Source: an uncultured Aestuariivirga sp. (lineage in GTDB: Bacteria > Pseudomonadota > Alphaproteobacteria > Rhizobiales > Aestuariivirgaceae). Taken from it: a DNA stretch of 64,000 nucleotides. The notes below the pieces were generated by a model. It did no database searches and had not been told where the DNA came from. It saw only the letters and a list, made by a program, of their open reading frames with translations. A program made the translations under genes and the position numbers. Positions 7,995 to 19,573 of the stretch are shown in pieces; within the stretch, counting starts at the first letter, position 1, and every line of letters starts with the position of its first letter. Location: positions 52,276 through 116,275 of the forward strand of contig CAYYTH010000002.1 in NCBI GenBank assembly GCA_964474665.1. The letters run 5' to 3'.

Positions 7995-8970
7995 AGAAGC
8001 TCATCAACGACGTGTCGAACGTGCTGACCGAAAGCCTCGACGGCTTCGTGGCGGCCCATGGCGACATCATCACGCTCGGGGCCGAGCACAAGTTCGTGCA
8101 GCGCAGGGTGCTGAAGCCCGGCAAGGTGGCGCTGCTGTCGGGCGGCGGGTCCGGCCATGAACCGCTGCACGCAGGCTTCGTCGGCCACGGCATGCTTGAT
8201 GCCGCCTGCCCCGGCCAAGTCTTCACCTCGCCCACGCCCGACCAGATGATCGCCGCCGCCGAGGCCGTCGATACGGGCGCGGGCGTGCTGTTCATCGTCA
8301 AGAATTACGAGGGCGACGTCATGAACTTCGACATGGCGCGCGAGATGGCGGGGCGCGACATCGAGACGGTCATCACCGATGACGACGTCGCCGTCGAGAA
8401 TTCGCTCTACACCACCGGCCGCCGCGGCGTCGCCGGCACGCTGGTGGTCGAGAAGGTGGTGGGTGCCGCCGCCGAGCAGGGCGCCGGCCTCGCCTCGCTG
8501 AAGGCGCTGGGCGACAAGGTGAACCGCGCCACGCGCTCGATGGGCGTGGCGCTGACGAGCTGCACCGTGCCCGCCGCAGGCAAGCCCACCTTCGACATCG
8601 GGCCGGCCGACATGGAAATGGGCGTCGGCATCCACGGTGAGCCCGGCCGCCGCCGCGTGACCTTGCGCTCGGCCGACGAGATCGCCGAGGAGATGGTCGC
8701 CGCCATCGCGGGCGACCTCGGGGCGAAAGGCAATGCGCTGCTCTTCGTCAACGGCTTCGGCGGCACGCCGGCGATGGAACTCTACCTCATGTATAATTCC
8801 GCCCGGGCGCAGCTCGCCAAGCACGGCATCACGCCGGTGCGCGCGCTGGTGGGAAGCTACGTCACCTCGCTCGACATGGCGGGCTGTTCGATCACCGTCA
8901 CCCTGCTCGACGACGAGATCGCCAGGGGCTGGGACGCACCGGTGCACACCCCGGCGCTGCGCTGGGGCCT

Positions 8971-8974
<4 letters not shown>
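7991..8974 (+). CDS. dhaK: Dihydroxyacetone kinase substrate-binding subunit DhaK
   Basis: MKKLIN, SGGGSGHEPLHAGFVG, VKNYEGD, GRRGVAG, GIHGEPG, TSLDMAG. Confidence 0.97.
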
Positions 8975-10371
<1,397 letters not shown>

Positions 10372-10492
10372 CAAAGCTCCCATTTTGCCGTTGCCCGTTG
10401 CCGGGACTGAGGTTTGCGGATAATTGAATCATAGGATGGAACGAGGCTTGCCGCCCGTGAAATCGGCGCAAGACTCCCACCCCCGGACATGC

Positions 10493-10963
10493 ATGGACCA
10501 CACCCGACCCGAGCCCCGGCCAGACGGCCGCCAGTCCGCCACCGCGCTGATGATCCAGCGCGGGGTGGCGCGGCTGCTGCGCGCCGCAAGCTTCGCGGTG
10601 CTGCCGGAGTTCACGCTGGCCTCGGGCCGGCGCGCCGACATCATGGCGATCTCGGATGCGGGCGAGATCTGGATCGTCGAGATCAAGTCCTCGCCCGAGG
10701 ACTTCCGCAGCGATGCCAAGTGGCCGGAATACCGCGACTGGTGCGACCGGCTGTTCTTCGCCATTTCGACGGAGATGGCACCCGAGATGATGCCTGGCGA
10801 TGCCGGCCTCATCGTCGCCGACAGCTGGGGCGCCGACATCCTGCGCCATATCGACGCGAGCCCGCTGCATGCTGCACGGCGCAAGTCGGTGACGCTGGCC
10901 TTCGCGCGGGCCGCGGCGCTCCGCCTGCACGGGCTCTACGACCCGTTGGCCGAAACGCTCTGA
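10493..10963 (+). CDS. mmcB: MmcB family DNA repair protein (PD-(D/E)XK-like)
   Basis: EFTLASGRRAD, WIVEIKSSPEDFRSDAKWPEYRDWCDRLFFA; start uncertain (10424/10436/10493). Confidence 0.85.
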   Translation: MDHTRPEPRPDGRQSATALMIQRGVARLLRAASFAVLPEFTLASGRRADIMAISDAGEIWIVEIKSSPEDFRSDAKWPEYRDWCDRLFFAISTEMAPEMMPGDAGLIVADSWGADILRHIDASPLHAARRKSVTLAFARAAALRLHGLYDPLAETL

Positions 10964-11509
10964 TTACTTGGGAGCGCGTTTCGCCAGGATGCGCTGCAGC
11001 GTGCGGCGATGCATGTTGAGGCGGCGCGCCGTCTCGGACACATTGCGGTTGCAGAGCTCGTAGACGCGCTGGATGTGTTCCCAGCGCACGCGGTCAGCCG
11101 ACATTGGGTTATCCGGCAGCGCGGCGCGCGTGTCGGTGTCGCCCACCAGCGCGGCATGCACGGCATCGGCATCGGCGGGCTTCGCCAGATAGTCGATGGC
11201 GCCGAGCTTCACCGCCGTCACGGCCGTTGCGATGTTGCCATAGCCCGTCAGCACCACGGCGCGCGCTTCGGGGCGCGCCTGGTGCAAGGCCTCGATCACG
11301 TCGAGGCCATTGCCGTCGGCCAGCCGCAGATCCACCACGGCAAAGGACGGCGCGGAGCGTTTCACATGGGCGACGCCCTCGGCCACCGATTCCGCCATCA
11401 GCACTTCGAAGCCGCGGGTTTCCATGGCCCGGGCGAGGCGCGTCAGGAAGGGCTTGTCGTCATCGACGAGCAACAGGGTCTTCTCGGCGGGGATCACGGG
11501 GTGTGTCAT
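10964..11509 (-). CDS. regA: RegA/PrrA/ActR response regulator
   Basis: LLLVDDD receiver; PMSADRVRWEHIQRVYELCNRNVSETARRLNMHRRTLQRILAKRAP. Confidence 0.97.
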   Translation of the reverse strand: MTHPVIPAEKTLLLVDDDKPFLTRLARAMETRGFEVLMAESVAEGVAHVKRSAPSFAVVDLRLADGNGLDVIEALHQARPEARAVVLTGYGNIATAVTAVKLGAIDYLAKPADADAVHAALVGDTDTRAALPDNPMSADRVRWEHIQRVYELCNRNVSETARRLNMHRRTLQRILAKRAPK

Positions 11510-11604
11510 TCAGGCGCGGCCTGTGTCTACTCGGGGTTACGCGTTGTTACTCAGGACTCTCTAGCCCGTCAGGAGCACGGGTTCAAACACTTCCCGATAC
11601 GCAA

Positions 11605-12954
11605 TCAGCTCCGCCCGAGATCAACGACGGCCCGCGGCCAGACGACATGCACCACCGCGCCGTGTTCCGGCGTCGGCCGGTTGGCCAGCGACACCGTGGC
11701 GCCGGAGCGCTCCAGCAGCGTCTTGGCGATGAAGAATCCGAGGCCCATTCCCTCATGCTGTCCGGCCTCGCCGCTGTCCTCGCCATAGCCGGGCCTCGTC
11801 GTCACGAAGGGGTCGCCCAGCCGGTCGAAGACATTCTCGTGGAAACCCGGGCCATCGTCGCGAACGGTGATCGAGACCTGGCCCGGCGTCCAGCGCGCAT
11901 CGACCTCCACGCGCGCTGCAGCGAAATCAACGGCATTCTCCAGCAGGTTGCCTAGCCCATAGGTAATGGCGGGGTTGCGCCGGAAAACCGGCTCGCTGCC
12001 AAGCGCCCGGTCATCGAGATCGGCCGAACTCGTCACCGCGATCACCACGTCCGAGCCGCGCAGCGGCGCCACCAGGTCCTCGATCATGGCGAGGATGGCC
12101 GTGCGCTGGTACATCTCGTCGGTCTGTGCCTCGCGGTTGGCGAGCCTCGCCAGGATCTCGCGGCAGCGCGCCGTCTGGCTGATGAGGAGGTCGATATCCT
12201 CCGTATGCGGAGCATCTTTCGGCATCTCCCGCTTCAGCTCCTTGGCGACGAGCGCGATGGTGGCGAGCGGTGTTCCCAGCTCATGCGCGGCGGCCGCTGC
12301 CATGCCGTCGAGTGCGGAGAGCCGCTGCTCGCGCGCCAGCACCAATTCCGTGGCGGAAAGAGCCGCCGACATCTGCCGTGCCTCGTCGGCGATGCGCCGG
12401 GCATAGATCGCCGAGAACACGACGCCGCAGATGATCGCCGCCCACATGCCGCCGACATAGGCGTCCGGCAGCTCGAAGCGCTCGCCGGGAAGCCAGGGCA
12501 GCGGAAAGTGGCGGAAGGCCAGGAAGGTGGCGCAGGCGAAGGCCAGAAGACCGAGCCACAGCGTCCAGCGGTTGGGCAGCGACGTGGCGGAGATGGTGAC
12601 GGGCACCAGGAACAGGAAGGAGAAGGGATTTTCCAGTCCACCCGTCAGGAACAGCAGCACCGCAAGCTGGATCACGTCATAGACAAGCAGCAGGCCTGCA
12701 TGCGTCTCGTGCAGCCGCACGCTCTTGCGCCAGCGAATGGTGAGGAAGATGTTGAGCCAGGCCGAGAGCGCGATGACGCTGAGGCAGAGGCCCAGCGGCA
12801 GCGGGAACCCGAGCACGAAATGCACCCCCAGCACCGCGCCCGCCTGCCCCACGATGGCAAGCCAGCGCAGGCGGACGAGCGTCCTCAGCCGCAACATGCC
12901 GATTTCGGCGCCGGTCGCTGCCGGCCTGGGGTCGATGGCAAGGTTCTGCGGCAT
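11605..12954 (-). CDS. regB: RegB/PrrB/ActS redox-sensing histidine kinase
   Basis: LRLRTLVRLRWLAI, GGLENPF quinone-binding motif, AAAAHELGTPLATI, QTARCR redox Cys, GMGLGFFIA; start inferred at 12954. Confidence 0.95.
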   Translation of the reverse strand: MPQNLAIDPRPAATGAEIGMLRLRTLVRLRWLAIVGQAGAVLGVHFVLGFPLPLGLCLSVIALSAWLNIFLTIRWRKSVRLHETHAGLLLVYDVIQLAVLLFLTGGLENPFSFLFLVPVTISATSLPNRWTLWLGLLAFACATFLAFRHFPLPWLPGERFELPDAYVGGMWAAIICGVVFSAIYARRIADEARQMSAALSATELVLAREQRLSALDGMAAAAAHELGTPLATIALVAKELKREMPKDAPHTEDIDLLISQTARCREILARLANREAQTDEMYQRTAILAMIEDLVAPLRGSDVVIAVTSSADLDDRALGSEPVFRRNPAITYGLGNLLENAVDFAAARVEVDARWTPGQVSITVRDDGPGFHENVFDRLGDPFVTTRPGYGEDSGEAGQHEGMGLGFFIAKTLLERSGATVSLANRPTPEHGAVVHVVWPRAVVDLGRS

Positions 12955-13045
12955 GCGATCCTGTGTCGTCGGAATTCCCAGAGGGTTCCAGTTGAGTCCG
13001 GCACAGTCTAGACATATGTGCAGGTGGATTGAAGGAAGAAGACAG

Positions 13046-13654
13046 ATGCCGCGCCGCCCGATCCTCATCCTCGCCGCTCTCATCCTGCTCATCGCCGCGG
13101 GGATCGGCAGCTATGCCTACATGAATCGCGGGCTGCATGGGCCGCAGGGCTCCGGCGTGGCCCTCGTCGGCGGCCCCTTTTCGCTGGTCGACCAGGATGG
13201 CCGCCGCGTCACCGAGAAGGACTTCCGCGGCAGGTACATGCTGGTCTTCTTCGGCTATACCTACTGCCCTGACGTGTGCCCCACCGAACTGCAGGTGATG
13301 ACGGCAGCCCTCGACCAGCTCGGCGCGGAGGCTGACCGCATCCAGCCGGTTTTCGTGTCGGTCGACCCGGCGCGTGACACGCCGGAGGTGCTCAAGGCCT
13401 ATGTCGGCAACTTCGGGCCGCGCCTCGTCGGCCTCACCGGAACGCCGGAGGAGGTGGCCGCCATCGCCAAGGCCTACCGCGTCTACTATGCCAAGGCCGG
13501 CGGCAGCAGTTCGTCCACGGACTATCTGATGGACCACTCCAGCATCATCTACCTGATGGGTCCCGACGGGCGCTTCGTAAAGCACATGCCCTACACCACG
13601 GACGCCGCAAAACTCGCAGCGGAACTGAAGGAAACACTTAGAACTTCCCCCTAA
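13046..13654 (+). CDS. senC: SCO1/SenC copper chaperone
   Basis: FFGYTYCPDVCPTEL (CxxxC), DYLMDHS, N-terminal TM segment. Confidence 0.93.
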   Translation: MPRRPILILAALILLIAAGIGSYAYMNRGLHGPQGSGVALVGGPFSLVDQDGRRVTEKDFRGRYMLVFFGYTYCPDVCPTELQVMTAALDQLGAEADRIQPVFVSVDPARDTPEVLKAYVGNFGPRLVGLTGTPEEVAAIAKAYRVYYAKAGGSSSSTDYLMDHSSIIYLMGPDGRFVKHMPYTTDAAKLAAELKETLRTSP

Positions 13655-13727
13655 AGTCTAGAAATGACGGGTTGCCCCGAGTCAGGGGAGTTGCTACCGT
13701 CACGCGTTAACGAGGGGTTTCCCGGTT

Positions 13728-15002
13728 GTGCTGTATTATCTTTACGAGATGAACCATGCGGCCCTTGCACCCTGGCGTGCAGCGGCTGATGCGGGCCTGA
13801 ACTTCTGGCGCAGCCCCGCCAACCCCTTTGCCGAGACGCAGTTCGCCCGCTCCTTCGCGGCCTCGCTCGAACTCTTCGAGCGCACCACCCGCCGTTACGG
13901 CAAGCCGCCCTTCGAGATCCACGACGTCATCGTCGGCGACGACATCGTTCCGGTCGAGGAACGCAACGTCCTGTCGAAGCCCTTCTGCACACTCGTCAAC
14001 TTCGAGAAGCAGTGGGAGAAGCCGCAGAAGCAGCACAAGCTGCTGATCGTCGCGCCCATGTCTGGCCACTACGCCACGCTGCTGCGCGGCACGGTGGAGT
14101 CCATGCTTCCCCATTATGACACCTACATCACGGACTGGATCGACGCGCGCAGCGTCCCGATGTCCCAGGGTGGCTTCGACCTCGATGACTACGTCGACTA
14201 TGTCACCGAGTTCCTGCAGTTCCTCGGCCCCGATACCAGCGTGATGGCGGTGTGCCAGCCCTCCGTGCCGGTGATGGCCGCCGTGTCGCTGATGAATGCC
14301 CAGGAGGATCCTGCGGCGCCCAAGACCATGATCCTCATGGGCGGGCCGATCGATACGCGGCGCAACCCGACGGCCGTCAACAACCTCGCCCAGGAAAAGG
14401 GCGTCGACTGGTTCCGCAAGAATGTCATCATGAAAGTGCCGGCGCCGCATGCCGGCATGATGCGCGATGTCTATCCGGGCTTCCTCCAGCTCGGCGGCTT
14501 CATGACCATGAACCTCGACCGCCACATCGATGCGCATCGTGAACTGTTCTGGCACCTCGTCGAAGGCGATGGCGACTCTGCCGAGAAGCACCGCGAGTTC
14601 TACGATGAATACATGTCGGTGATGGACCTGACGGCTGAGTTCTACCTGCAGACGGTGGAAAAGGTCTTCGTCAGCCACGACCTGCCCAAGGGCACGCTCA
14701 CCCATCGCAACACGCTGGTCGATCCTTCCAAGATCACCCGCACCGCGCTGATGACCATCGAGGGCGAGCGCGACGACATCTCGGGCGTCGGCCAGACGGA
14801 GGCCGCACAGGACCTGTGCTGCAACCTCGCACCCGCCAAGAAGCTCCATCACCTGCAGCCGGGCGTGGGGCATTACGGCGTGTTCAACGGCTCGCGGTTC
14901 CGCAAGGAAATCGTTCCGCGAATCGTCGAGTTCGTGAATAAGAACGCCGATGATCGGACTGCTCAGAAGCCTTCAGCGAACGGTCGGGCCAAGACCGCTT
15001 GA
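13728..15002 (+). CDS. phaZ: Intracellular polyhydroxyalkanoate depolymerase
   Basis: APMSGHYATLLRGTV, AVCQP (Cys nucleophile), GERDDISG, GHYGVFNG. Confidence 0.93.
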   Translation: MLYYLYEMNHAALAPWRAAADAGLNFWRSPANPFAETQFARSFAASLELFERTTRRYGKPPFEIHDVIVGDDIVPVEERNVLSKPFCTLVNFEKQWEKPQKQHKLLIVAPMSGHYATLLRGTVESMLPHYDTYITDWIDARSVPMSQGGFDLDDYVDYVTEFLQFLGPDTSVMAVCQPSVPVMAAVSLMNAQEDPAAPKTMILMGGPIDTRRNPTAVNNLAQEKGVDWFRKNVIMKVPAPHAGMMRDVYPGFLQLGGFMTMNLDRHIDAHRELFWHLVEGDGDSAEKHREFYDEYMSVMDLTAEFYLQTVEKVFVSHDLPKGTLTHRNTLVDPSKITRTALMTIEGERDDISGVGQTEAAQDLCCNLAPAKKLHHLQPGVGHYGVFNGSRFRKEIVPRIVEFVNKNADDRTAQKPSANGRAKTA

Positions 15003-15699
15003 ACCCTCGCGGCTCCTCGTCGGCGACGAGGTGCTCGACGTCGTGTTCCGCCGCCACGCCCAGGCGCGCCGCCTCGTGCTCAGGCTGAATGCCACCGGCA
15101 CCGGCGTGCTGGTGACGGTGCCCACCGGCGTTTCGCGCGCACGGGCGCTGGAATTCACCGAGCGCTCGCGCAGCTGGATCGAGGACCGCGTGAGGGCCCG
15201 CGGCGGCCTCATCCACCTGGCTGACGGCGCCGCACTTCCGCTGCGTGGCATCGAGCATGACATCCGCCATGTTCCGGGGCGCCGGGGCGTCGTCACCGCC
15301 GACCCTGACCGCCTCTACATCAACGTGCCGGGCGACCCCGCCCACCTGCCGCGCCGCGTCCACGACTTCCTCAAGGCAGAGGCCCGCAACGACCTCGCGC
15401 GGGCGACATCGAAATACGCCGCGCTGATGGGTGTGAAGTTCCGCCGCATCACCATCCGCGACCAACGCAGCCGCTGGGGCTCATGCTCGGCCAGTGGCGA
15501 GCTGTCCTATTCCTGGCGGCTGATCCTCGCGCCGGACTATGTACTGGACTATGTGGCCGCGCATGAGGTGGCTCATCTCCGCCACCTCGATCACAGCCCG
15601 CGCTTCTGGCGCCTTGTGCTCACCCACTGCCCCAACGCCGCGCGGGCCAAGAACTGGCTGCGCCGGCATGGGCAGGACGTTCACCGCGTGGTGGTGTGA
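14950..15699 (+). CDS. M48/SprT-like (YgjP, DUF45) zinc metalloprotein
   Basis: IRDQRSRWGSCS, YVAAHEVAHLRHLDHSPRFW (HExxH). Confidence 0.88.
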   Translation: MIGLLRSLQRTVGPRPLEPSRLLVGDEVLDVVFRRHAQARRLVLRLNATGTGVLVTVPTGVSRARALEFTERSRSWIEDRVRARGGLIHLADGAALPLRGIEHDIRHVPGRRGVVTADPDRLYINVPGDPAHLPRRVHDFLKAEARNDLARATSKYAALMGVKFRRITIRDQRSRWGSCSASGELSYSWRLILAPDYVLDYVAAHEVAHLRHLDHSPRFWRLVLTHCPNAARAKNWLRRHGQDVHRVVV

Positions 15700-15711
15700 T
15701 CCATCATCTCT

Positions 15712-15734
15712 TCTCCCGCCTCTTCGGCGGGAGA
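15712..15734. terminator. GC-rich hairpin between convergent genes
   Basis: TCTCCCGCC-TCTTC-GGCGGGAGA perfect 9-bp stem; no clear U-tract. Confidence 0.5.
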
Positions 15735-15753
15735 GGACCAGGCGCCGTCAAGT

Positions 15754-17868
15754 CTAGTCCTTGTCACGCAGGGCGCGCTCGCGTGCACTGCTGTGTTTCT
15801 TCGGCGCATCAGCATTGCTGTTGCCTCCACCGAACAGGCGTTCAAGGAAATTGCCCGCATTGATCTCCGGCGGCGGGACCGGCTCCTCCGCCGCGCCCTG
15901 CTCATATTGCTGCTCGGTCACGGTCGCGGGTCCGCGCATGGCGATCGCCGGCTGGCCCGGCAGCGGGCGTGGCGTCAGGCCGCGATGGGCAGGCTCCATC
16001 ACCTCACGCCAGATCATGGCGGGCAGCAGCCCGCCCGTCACCTTGTTGGTGGGGGAATTGTCGTCGTTGCCGACCCACACCCCGGCGATGAGTTCGCTGG
16101 TGTAGCCGATGAACCAGGCATCGCGGTAATCCTGGCTGGTGCCGGTCTTGCCGGCGATGTCGAAGCCGGGAAAGGCGGCGCGCGTGCCGGTGCCTTCGGT
16201 CACGACCAGACGCATCATGCGGTTCATGCCATATAGGTCATTGTCGCTGACGGCCTTGGGGAAGCCGGAGCCGTTGCGCTCATAGACGACGCGCCCGTCG
16301 CGCGTCAGGATGCGCGTGACGGCATAGGCCGTCACCGGATAGCCGCCGTTGGAGAAGGGCACGAAGGCGGAGGTGAGCTCGAGCGGCGTCACCTCGGAGG
16401 TGCCGAGCGCGATCGAGGCATCGGTGCCGAGCGGCGAGGTGATGCCCAACCGGTGCGCCACGGCCGCGACCGCCTGGGGCCCCAACTGCAGGACCAGCTT
16501 CACCGAGATGGTGTTGAGCGACAGGGCGAGCGCCGTCTCAAGGGCCACCGGCCCCAGATATTTCCGGCGATAGTTCTCGGGCTGCCAGCTGCCGACGCGC
16601 ACCGGCTCGTCCACCTCCACCGTCTCGGGGGTGAAGCCGTGCTCGAGGGCCGCAAGAAACACGAAGGGCTTGAAGGCCGATCCGGGCTGGCGCTTCGCCT
16701 TGGTGGCACGGTTGAACTGGCTCTTCTTGTAGGACCTGCCGCCGACGAGGGCCAGCACGGCCCCCGACCCATCCATCACCACCATGGCGCCCTGGGCGAC
16801 CTTGAGCTTCGCGCCCTGCGCACTCAACTCCTTCGCCACCGCCAGCTCGGCGCTGTTCTGCAGCGCCGGGTCGATGGTCGTCTCCACCACCAGCGACTGC
16901 TGGTAGTCCTTGACGAATTCCGGCAGCTGCTCGGCGATCCAGTCGATCACGAAGTTCTTGGCCGACATGTAGCTGTCGGTCCGGGCGGCAGCCGGATTGC
17001 TGATCGCGGCCGCGGCTTCCTCCTCGGTGATGAAGCCGGCATCCGCCATGCTTTCGAGAACCAGCTTCGCGCGGTCCGCTGCGGCTTGCGGATTGGAGAT
17101 CGGGTTGGCGGCACTCGGCGCCTTCACGACGCCCGCCAGGGTCGCTGCTTCGGCCAGCGTCAGCTCGGTGGCGGGCTTCTTGTAGTAGACCTGTGCCGCC
17201 TTCTCGATTCCCGTGGCGCCGGAGCCGAAATAGACGCGGTTGAGGTAGAGCTGCAGGATCTCGTCCTTGGAGTAGTGCCGCTCCAGCCAGACCGCGAGCA
17301 CGACCTCCTGCAGCTTGCGCTGAATGGTGCGGTCAGGCGACAGGAACAGGTTCTTGGCAAGCTGCTGCGTCAGGGTAGAGCCGCCCTGCGTCACCCGCCC
17401 CGAGCGGTAGTTGGTATACATGGCGCGCAAGACACCGATCGGATCCACGCCATAATGGCTGCGGAAGCGCCGGTCCTCGATCGCGATGAAGGCGTTGGGT
17501 ACGTCGGCGGGCAGATCGGCGACGCGCACCCCGTCGCCGTTGAAGGCGCCCTGCTCTGCCAGCACCGAGCCATCATTCGCGAGGATCATGATGCCGGGCT
17601 CGCGCTCCGGGATCTGCAGCAGGCCCTGCTTGTCGAGGCCTATCCAGATGTAGCCGAAGAGCCCGGCAAGCGCGATGGTGCCGAAGAGCGCCAGCGTGAG
17701 GCCGAAGCGGATGACGGGCCAGAGGAAGGAACGGCGGCGGCGGCGCGGCTCACGGGCAGAAGCGGGCACCGCGGCCTTGCGGCCACCGCCCTTTCCGCCA
17801 CCCTTGCCGGAGAACAGCTGCGGCTCGTCGCGCTGCCCGCCCTGACCTTTCCTGCCCGACCGACTCAT
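15754..17868 (-). CDS. Class A penicillin-binding protein (PBP1A family)
   Basis: IAIEDRRF, QGGSTLTQQLAKN, EILQLYLN transglycosylase motifs; RQPGSAFKPF, SLN, GKTGTS transpeptidase motifs. Confidence 0.95.
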   Translation of the reverse strand: MSRSGRKGQGGQRDEPQLFSGKGGGKGGGRKAAVPASAREPRRRRRSFLWPVIRFGLTLALFGTIALAGLFGYIWIGLDKQGLLQIPEREPGIMILANDGSVLAEQGAFNGDGVRVADLPADVPNAFIAIEDRRFRSHYGVDPIGVLRAMYTNYRSGRVTQGGSTLTQQLAKNLFLSPDRTIQRKLQEVVLAVWLERHYSKDEILQLYLNRVYFGSGATGIEKAAQVYYKKPATELTLAEAATLAGVVKAPSAANPISNPQAAADRAKLVLESMADAGFITEEEAAAAISNPAAARTDSYMSAKNFVIDWIAEQLPEFVKDYQQSLVVETTIDPALQNSAELAVAKELSAQGAKLKVAQGAMVVMDGSGAVLALVGGRSYKKSQFNRATKAKRQPGSAFKPFVFLAALEHGFTPETVEVDEPVRVGSWQPENYRRKYLGPVALETALALSLNTISVKLVLQLGPQAVAAVAHRLGITSPLGTDASIALGTSEVTPLELTSAFVPFSNGGYPVTAYAVTRILTRDGRVVYERNGSGFPKAVSDNDLYGMNRMMRLVVTEGTGTRAAFPGFDIAGKTGTSQDYRDAWFIGYTSELIAGVWVGNDDNSPTNKVTGGLLPAMIWREVMEPAHRGLTPRPLPGQPAIAMRGPATVTEQQYEQGAAEEPVPPPEINAGNFLERLFGGGNSNADAPKKHSSARERALRDKD

Positions 17869-17975
17869 CACTCCCCCGGCAAACCGGATGCAGGCCGGAG
17901 CAATGGTTGGCAATCATGGTGCAATGATGACCCGGACGACAACCAAAGTGCATCCGGAAGCAACATTCCGTGCAA

Positions 17976-19511
17976 CTACATCATGGCGCCGACATGCCAT
18001 GGAACATACTCGTTGTCGCCATAGCCCAGCTCTTCCGACTTGGTCTTGTGGCCCGAGGCAACCTTGAGCATGAGCTCGAAGATCTGCTGGCCCTTGGCGG
18101 CGATCGAAACGCCGTCGAGAATGTCGCCGCAGTTGATGTCCATGTCATCAATCATGCGGTTGTAAATATCTGTATTCGTTGCGAGTTTAATCGATGGAAC
18201 GGGCTTGCATCCATAGGCGGACCCACGTCCGGTGGTGAAGCAAAGAAGGTTTGCACCGCCGGCAACCTGGCCCGTTGCGGCAACAGGGTCATAGCCCGGC
18301 GTATCCATGAAAACAAAGCCACGGCCGGTCACCGGCTCGGCATAGCGGTAGACATGGCGCAGCGTCGTGGAGCCACCCTTGGCCGCTGCACCCAACGACT
18401 TCTCGAGGATCGTCGTCAACCCGCCCAGCTTGTTGCCGGGAGACGGATTGTTGTTCATTTCCATGTTGTTACGCTTCGTGTAGTCCTCCCACCACTTGAT
18501 GATCTCGACCAGCTTCTCACCCACCTCGCGGTTGGCGGCACGACGCGTGAGGAGATGTTCTGCACCATAGATTTCGGGTGTTTCCGAGAGGATGCCGGTG
18601 CCCCCATGCTTCACCAGGATATCGACGGCCGCACCGAGTGCCGGGTTCGCAGTGATTCCGGAGTAACCATCTGACCCGCCACACTGAAGCGCCACGATGA
18701 GCTCCGACGCATGGCACGTCTCGCGCGTCACGTTGTTGACGTGCGGCAGCATCTCGCGAATGGCTGCGACGCCCGCTGCGACCGTTTTTCTCGTGCCTCC
18801 CGTCTCCTGGATCGTCATGGTTCGGAAGGTCTCGTTCTCAACCACGCCATAGGCTTCCTTGAAGCGCGGAATCTGGAAGCCTTCGCAGCCCAGCCCCACC
18901 ATCAGCACCCCGCCCATGTTGGGGTTGGTGGCATAGCCCCAGGCGGTGCGCTTCAGGATGTCGAAGATCACGCCGCGGTAGTCGACGACGCAGCCATTGT
19001 CCATCTTGAGCGCAACGATGCCATCGATGTTGGGGTAATCATTGAGCATTCCCGAGCGCTTCACCTCCTCCGCAATGAAGCCGGCAACGGTCGCGGAACA
19101 ATTTACCGAGGTGAGGACGCCGATGTAGTTGCGCGTCCCGACCTTGCCGTTGGCACGTCGGTAACCCTGGAAGGTCGCCTGCTGAGCGAGCGGCAGGATG
19201 TCTTCGGGCTTCGCATCCTGTGCAAAGGCGTAGTCGCGGTCGAAATCCTGCATGCCGGTGTTGTGCTCATGCACCCAGGCGCCCTTGGGAATGTCCTGCT
19301 TCGCGAAGCCGATGATCTGGCCGAACTTGCGCACGGGCTCGCCGGTCCTGATTTCAACCGAGGCCATCTTGTGGCCCTTGCCGATGCGGTCCAGCGCAGC
19401 GATGCCTTCCGGGGCCTGCGCTCCCTTGTCCACGGTATCGATGGCCACGAGGACGTTGTCAGCCGGTGAGAGACGCAGCATGCGGGGCGTTTTCGGCACG
19501 GTTGCAATCAT
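17976..19511 (-). CDS. UxaA/GarD family hydro-lyase (altronate dehydratase-like, SAF domain)
   Basis: GHKMA SAF domain, GKVGTRNYIGV, ALQCGGSDGYSGITANPALG, NNPSPGNKLGGLTTILEKSLG, FTTGRGS. Confidence 0.92.
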   Translation of the reverse strand: MIATVPKTPRMLRLSPADNVLVAIDTVDKGAQAPEGIAALDRIGKGHKMASVEIRTGEPVRKFGQIIGFAKQDIPKGAWVHEHNTGMQDFDRDYAFAQDAKPEDILPLAQQATFQGYRRANGKVGTRNYIGVLTSVNCSATVAGFIAEEVKRSGMLNDYPNIDGIVALKMDNGCVVDYRGVIFDILKRTAWGYATNPNMGGVLMVGLGCEGFQIPRFKEAYGVVENETFRTMTIQETGGTRKTVAAGVAAIREMLPHVNNVTRETCHASELIVALQCGGSDGYSGITANPALGAAVDILVKHGGTGILSETPEIYGAEHLLTRRAANREVGEKLVEIIKWWEDYTKRNNMEMNNNPSPGNKLGGLTTILEKSLGAAAKGGSTTLRHVYRYAEPVTGRGFVFMDTPGYDPVAATGQVAGGANLLCFTTGRGSAYGCKPVPSIKLATNTDIYNRMIDDMDINCGDILDGVSIAAKGQQIFELMLKVASGHKTKSEELGYGDNEYVPWHVGAMM

Positions 19512-19539
19512 ATGTCGACTCGCTTCAATGTTGCGGGGC

Positions 19540-19573
19540 TTGCCCGCGCTGTGAATATCGCTAACATGTTAGC
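19540..19573 (+). promoter_or_regulatory. Sigma70-like promoter overlapped by a palindromic operator
   Basis: TTGCCC-N16-TAACAT; perfect palindrome GCTAACATGTTAGC at 19560-19573 abutting the gntR ATG. Confidence 0.6.

Noticed and set aside
10372-10492. Alphaproteobacterial SOS box (GTTC-N7-GTTC) upstream of mmcB; also checked upstream of comM, ada and nth
   Set aside because: Only isolated GAAC/GTTC half-sites; no correctly spaced pair.
13707-13721. TTAA-N7-TTTC as a CtrA box upstream of phaZ
   Set aside because: Two mismatches in the second half-site; too weak.
10493-17868. mmcB-regA-regB-senC-phaZ-M48-PBP1A as a novel system
   Set aside because: This is an ordinary conserved rhizobial neighbourhood.
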